A DNA stretch of 64,000 bases, from NCBI RefSeq assembly GCF_009914755.1, contig NC_060925.1; one strand, 5' to 3'. Numbering within the stretch: position 1 is the stretch's first letter; each line of letters opens with the position of its first letter. Of the stretch, positions 59,692 through 64,000 are shown piece after piece. Origin of the DNA: the human T2T-CHM13v2.0 reference genome, Homo sapiens. Both the position numbers and the translations under genes were made by a program. The notes beneath the pieces were generated by a model, which saw only the letters and a list, made by a program, of their open reading frames with translations, did not search any database and was not told the DNA's origin.

Positions 59692-61654
59692 GTAACTCAT
59701 TTGTCTTTGACTTTCCTCTTTCTTTTAGTGACAGTGTGTGTGCCTAAGTGACTCTTGAAGAAGCCTTCATTCTTGAAGACACCCGGTCCTCACAGGGACT
59801 CCTGGGGCGGTGTCTGTGGCAGGTGAAGATGCTATTGCAGAATTTATCTTCCTTGCCAGAAGAGAACGCCTGGGCAAAGGAGAACTGCCTTATAGCCCAA
59901 ACTGGGGCCCACTGTCTTTTCAGGTCTCTGGCCATGGGGCTTGACAGCTGGATTCTAACGTCTCTCTCCCTAGTGCCTCCCACGTTTACTCTCCATGTTC
60001 TGTTGATTTTCTTGGTGTGTTTGCCTCCCCGATCGCATCTTTGCTGTCTGCTCCACACTGTACCCGATTTCTGCCCCTCCTTGCCTCTCTTGATTACTCA
60101 GAGCTTCAACTACCTCCTCACCTCTGACAACTCCGTCTATTGCTTACAGGTTGGTTCACCTCACACACCTGTCACCTCATGGCTGTGGCTTCCGCACCTG
60201 TGTGCATGGCGCCCTCCTCCCATAGCTCTCTTCCCAGCACAACCTGCAGCTCCTCCCGCTGCCCAGCTGCTCCACACGAGCCGTGATTAGCTCACACCGG
60301 CCTTTCCTCCTCCACTATCAGCTCAGAGCCAGCCATAGCTCACAACTCCGAGAAGTCTTCCCTGAGCCATACGGAGGAGACTGTCGCCTTCACATTTCTC
60401 TCCCAGGACCCTTCAAGTATAGATTAGGTGCTCAGCAATGCCTTTCACTGCAGTCCTCATCCTTTTTCCTGTCTGCACTTCTGGAGCACGGGATGCCTGC
60501 AGCTTTCATTTGAAACCCCTTTCTATGCTATTGGGACCCGCTGTGTCTTAGAATTGTTTTCTGGGTTCTAAACTTGCTCCCTCCTCTAGTCTAGAGACCA
60601 AGGACTGACATGTAATTTGCAGTTGGTATCGGTATGTATGAGATGTAGATGCTCTAGTAACATGGGTCCGGTGATACTGACTTACATCACGCCGGATTCC
60701 TTCCTTGCTTCATATACCCTCATGTAACTTTCCGTGCATATTTTCTGCCTCCTTGGAGAGGTTGTACCCCCAGAGCTCCAGGGGAAAAGAATAACTGTCC
60801 ACACAGAGGTGAGTATTGGTGCTTTCTAGCCATACACTAGCATGAGGGGAGGGGTCAGGGAGGCTCTGTCCATAGAAGGCTTCAGGAGTCGCCCGTTGCC
60901 ATGGATTCTGTGTTTTTTGAATCCCAGATGCCCAGGTGAGACCTCTGATTTGTGTTCCCCAAGACCACAGACACATGGAGCTTCCTGGCATCAGGTTCCC
61001 GACACCAGAGTTGGGGTTCCTTTCAACTCTATTACAGTCAGCGAGCGTCATGCTCACGGACTCGTTCAGAGCCACATGCTTTGCCTGGCCTTCTGCTCAC
61101 CTCTGAGTGGCATCTGGAGAAGAGGTGGCTTCATCTTGCTGCAGTCCTCCCAGCGTGGAGAGACCTGCACTCATCAGTGAAATGAATACAACGGGAGGTG
61201 TCTGGAACCTTTCTTCATTTTCACCAAAGGAATATTTGACACACCCAGGCATGGTTCAGAGCTCCACCCTCAACAATAATCCTGTCAAAATATCCGATGT
61301 TGTTGAACCTCAAAGGCACTGTATCACAGCAGAAAAGTGATTGATCTCATTGCTAAACTCTCTTTCTTGCTTATTGGCATGACAACGGAGCTAAATAGAG
61401 CCGAGATGAATTATGAGTCTATTTTTGGAGACTCCTTATGGAATTCATGCACACTGTGTATTTTGCATCCTTTGAATCCTTGGGCACACTTAGAACTGTG
61501 AAGCAAACACTCATTTGTAAATGTTACAGCTGCCAAGGTTGGCTGCATGCTCTGCTGGGTGACGTGTTAACTCTCACAAGTCTGCTTTGGAAGCAGGAGG
61601 AATGTTTTGAGCTGAGCTTTGGGCGGAGGGTGGGGCTGACGCATGCATGCTTAC

Positions 61655-61753
61655 CTTGACCCTGTCCATACAGGCTTCCATCTTTAGCTGCTCCACAGCT
61701 TTCCTGGCTTGGGAGATGCTAGTGGTGCTGTTATTAGACATGCCCTCTTTCAT
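61655..61753 (-). CDS. GNG4: GNG4 first coding exon (codons 1-33, MKEGMSNNSTTSISQARKAVEQLKMEACMDRVK); whole exon 61655-61763 including 10 nt of 5'UTR
   Basis: Translation matches the G-gamma-4 N-terminus. Donor AAG|GTAAGC (GT at 61654-61653). Acceptor ttctaacccttttactttggttacctctag|GGGCAGTAGAATG with branch-like CTAAC. 99 nt, phase 0. Confidence 0.97.
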
Positions 61754-62978
61754 TCTACTGCCCCTAGAGGTAACCAAAGTAAAAGGGTTAGAAGAGCTGC
61801 TCTTCCAAGGGTAGGGGAACCCCACCTCCCACCACCTACAGCTTCTCTGTCCAAGCCAGGGAGCATCTGGGAGCATGGACAGCATTTGGTAGAAAACCCT
61901 CCTGGGATAAGAGAAAGGAATGCCTCATTCGAGTAAGAGGAGCAAGACATGATGCTTTTGTTTGGAAAAACTTTCTCAGTCCCGGGGACAGTGAGAAGAG
62001 AACAGAAGGTTCCAGAATGACTTTTCCATCACCCCCACCACTGCCACCACCATCACCACCACGACCATAAGTAATGCTTGGACATTCGTATAGTGCTTTG
62101 AGTCATCATTCACTTTCACACACGTTTGCTCATTCATTGCTCTAGCAGCCCATACAGTTGGTGGGACAATATTAATTTCTATTTTGCAAAGGAAGAAAGT
62201 GCAAAAATCAGAGAAATTAAACCAATAGCCAAAGATCCTACAGCCAACATTTGTGGATCCAGAACTCAAACTCAAAGCTTTGAAGCCTAGCCGAGTGTCT
62301 CAAATGGCCTCTCCTAACAATCTATGGCTCATAACACACATTTCTAATGAATAAAATTGCTTTATTAATTTTAATTTGTTGTCCTTCCAAAAAGTTTACA
62401 GACTTTGTGTTGAGAGTTTGTTTTCAACAATAAACACACGCACAAACACACACTCTCTCTCTCTTTCTTCCCTATCCCAAGCATAGATTTATTTTCTAGA
62501 GGGAGGCAGAAGAAATTCTCCCTAACCCTACACACATTGATGCCCCGTGACTAAGACCAGTGTAGTGCTACCTGTTCGGTCACAGAAAGCATGTGCTACA
62601 CACATCACAATTGCCCCGTCTAATGAGAATCTGCTTCAAAGGAAGCCTAAAACTAAAGCCTGAGAGCTGGGGACAGGTCACTGAGAGCAGAAACACAAGT
62701 GACACTGGCTCCCAAAGGTACAGATGAGGTGGGAAGAGGCCCTGGCCACCATCTATTATTCGTCTGCTTCTGTTTATATTTTATTTCAGTTTTAGGTTTT
62801 TTTCCCACCTCACAACTGTTGGACTTTATTGTATTAATTTAATTGAGTATGTAAAGCAGCAACCATACTTTCAAAGTTAAAATGATGCAAATTGATATTC
62901 ACACAGGTGTCACTTTCACTGCCCATTCCAATCCTTTTCTCCCCTCCCACCTACCTCCTATGGGCAACCAATCACACT

Positions 62979-63170
62979 GGACTCCAGTCTATTCTTTCCT
63001 ATGCTTCTTTTTTCTCCTTCCTTCCTTCCCTCCCTCCTTCCCTTCCTCCCTCCCTCTGGTCTTCCTTCCTTCCCATCACGTTGGACTCCAGACTATTCTT
63101 TCCTATGCTTCTTTTTCCTTTTCCTTTCCTTTCCTTTCCTTCCCCTTCCCTTCTTCCTTCCTTCCTTCTT
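62979..63170. repeat. Polypyrimidine tract containing a duplicated ~34-bp unit (62979 and 63082), at the tail of an AluJ (63165-63357)
   Basis: GGACTCCAG(T/A)CTATTCTTTCCTATGCTTCTTTTT occurs twice; probably the Alu TSD around an expanded tail. Confidence 0.7.
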
Positions 63171-64000
63171 TTTGAGATAGGGTCTCTGTCATCCAAGCTG
63201 TAATGCAGTGGTGCAATCACAGCTCACTGCAGCCTCAAACTCCTGGGCTCAAGCGATCCTCCTGCCTCAGCCTCCTGAGTAGCTGAGACTACAGGTGTGT
63301 GCCGCCATGCCTGGCTAATTAAAAAATTTTTTTTTGCTATGTTTCCCAGGCTGGTCCTGTGTTTATTTTCTTAGAAAGTAAGCAGTTACATATATGTTTT
63401 CTCATTTCTCCTTCTTTCTTACACAAAAAGATAACGTGTGTGTGCTTTTGAACTTTGTTTTTATATTTAACAATACATTTTAGAAAGCACCACATATTAG
63501 TTCACTGATATGCAAAAAAGATCATACTCATTCTTTCTTAGAACTACATACTACAGTACTCCACTGTGTGGATATACTGTATATTTTTCAATCCATATAT
63601 TTACGGGCATTTACATCTATATTCTCATATTATTGTGGGGGTGTGTCTTCAAGGTACATTTCTGGAATTACTGGGTCAAAGGTAAATGCATATTTACTTT
63701 TGTAATATATTACCAAATTCTATAAGGTAACATTCTGATAATTTTTGCATCAAGATTCTTAAGTAATTTTGGAATTCAGTACTATTCTTAAGTAATAAAT
63801 TAAGTCATTTAATGCTACCTTCATCTGGTTTAAATATCAATGTTATACTTGCTTCATACAAAACATTTAGAATTTTTAAGAAATTTTCTATTTGGCCAGT
63901 AGGTTAGTGTATGGGACCCACTCTCTCTGTGGGTTTTAATCACATATGAACTAATTCTCTGGCCCAGAAAGGCATAATGGCAACTACATTTGTCCAAAGG

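Noticed and set aside
59748-60290. 180-aa non-Alu ORF antisense to GNG4
   Set aside because: Non-ATG start, low-complexity Leu/Pro composition and no domain; probably degraded repeat or chance.
61860-61885. REST/RE1 site near the first coding exon
   Set aside because: Only the right half-site (GGACAGC) is present; no TCAGCACC left half.

Overview
Primate (almost certainly human) genomic DNA, very rich in Alu, L1, LTR and DNA-transposon relics. The one real protein-coding gene is GNG4 (G-protein gamma-4, 75 aa, C-terminal CAAX box CTIL) on the minus strand. Its coding exons are at 61655-61753 and 29988-30116, separated by a 31.5-kb intron, followed by a probable ~4.4-kb 3'UTR; the promoter and upstream non-coding exons lie beyond the window. 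About 5 kb downstream of the gene is an old ~5-kb nuclear mitochondrial insertion (NUMT, ~15262-20270) carrying CYTB 5' end/tRNA-Glu/ND6/ND5/tRNA-Leu, Ser, His/ND4/ND4L/tRNA-Arg/ND3/tRNA-Gly/COX3 3' end in mtDNA order. Most notable observations: (1) the NUMT splits a single Alu, with a 5-bp GTGCA duplication and an apparently fold-back-templated junction; (2) its ND4L is an open ORF in the nuclear code and its ND6 is full-length and open in the mitochondrial code; (3) it works as a fossil test for the mitochondrial microprotein ORFs SHMOOSE and MTALTND4, both closed here; (4) two ~35-40-bp pieces of MaLR LTR sequence appear copied a short distance upstream of their source LTRs; (5) a triplicated ~175-bp unit. 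I see no evidence for a new multi-gene system. Repeat subfamily names and boundaries were assigned by eye from remembered consensus sequences and are approximate.
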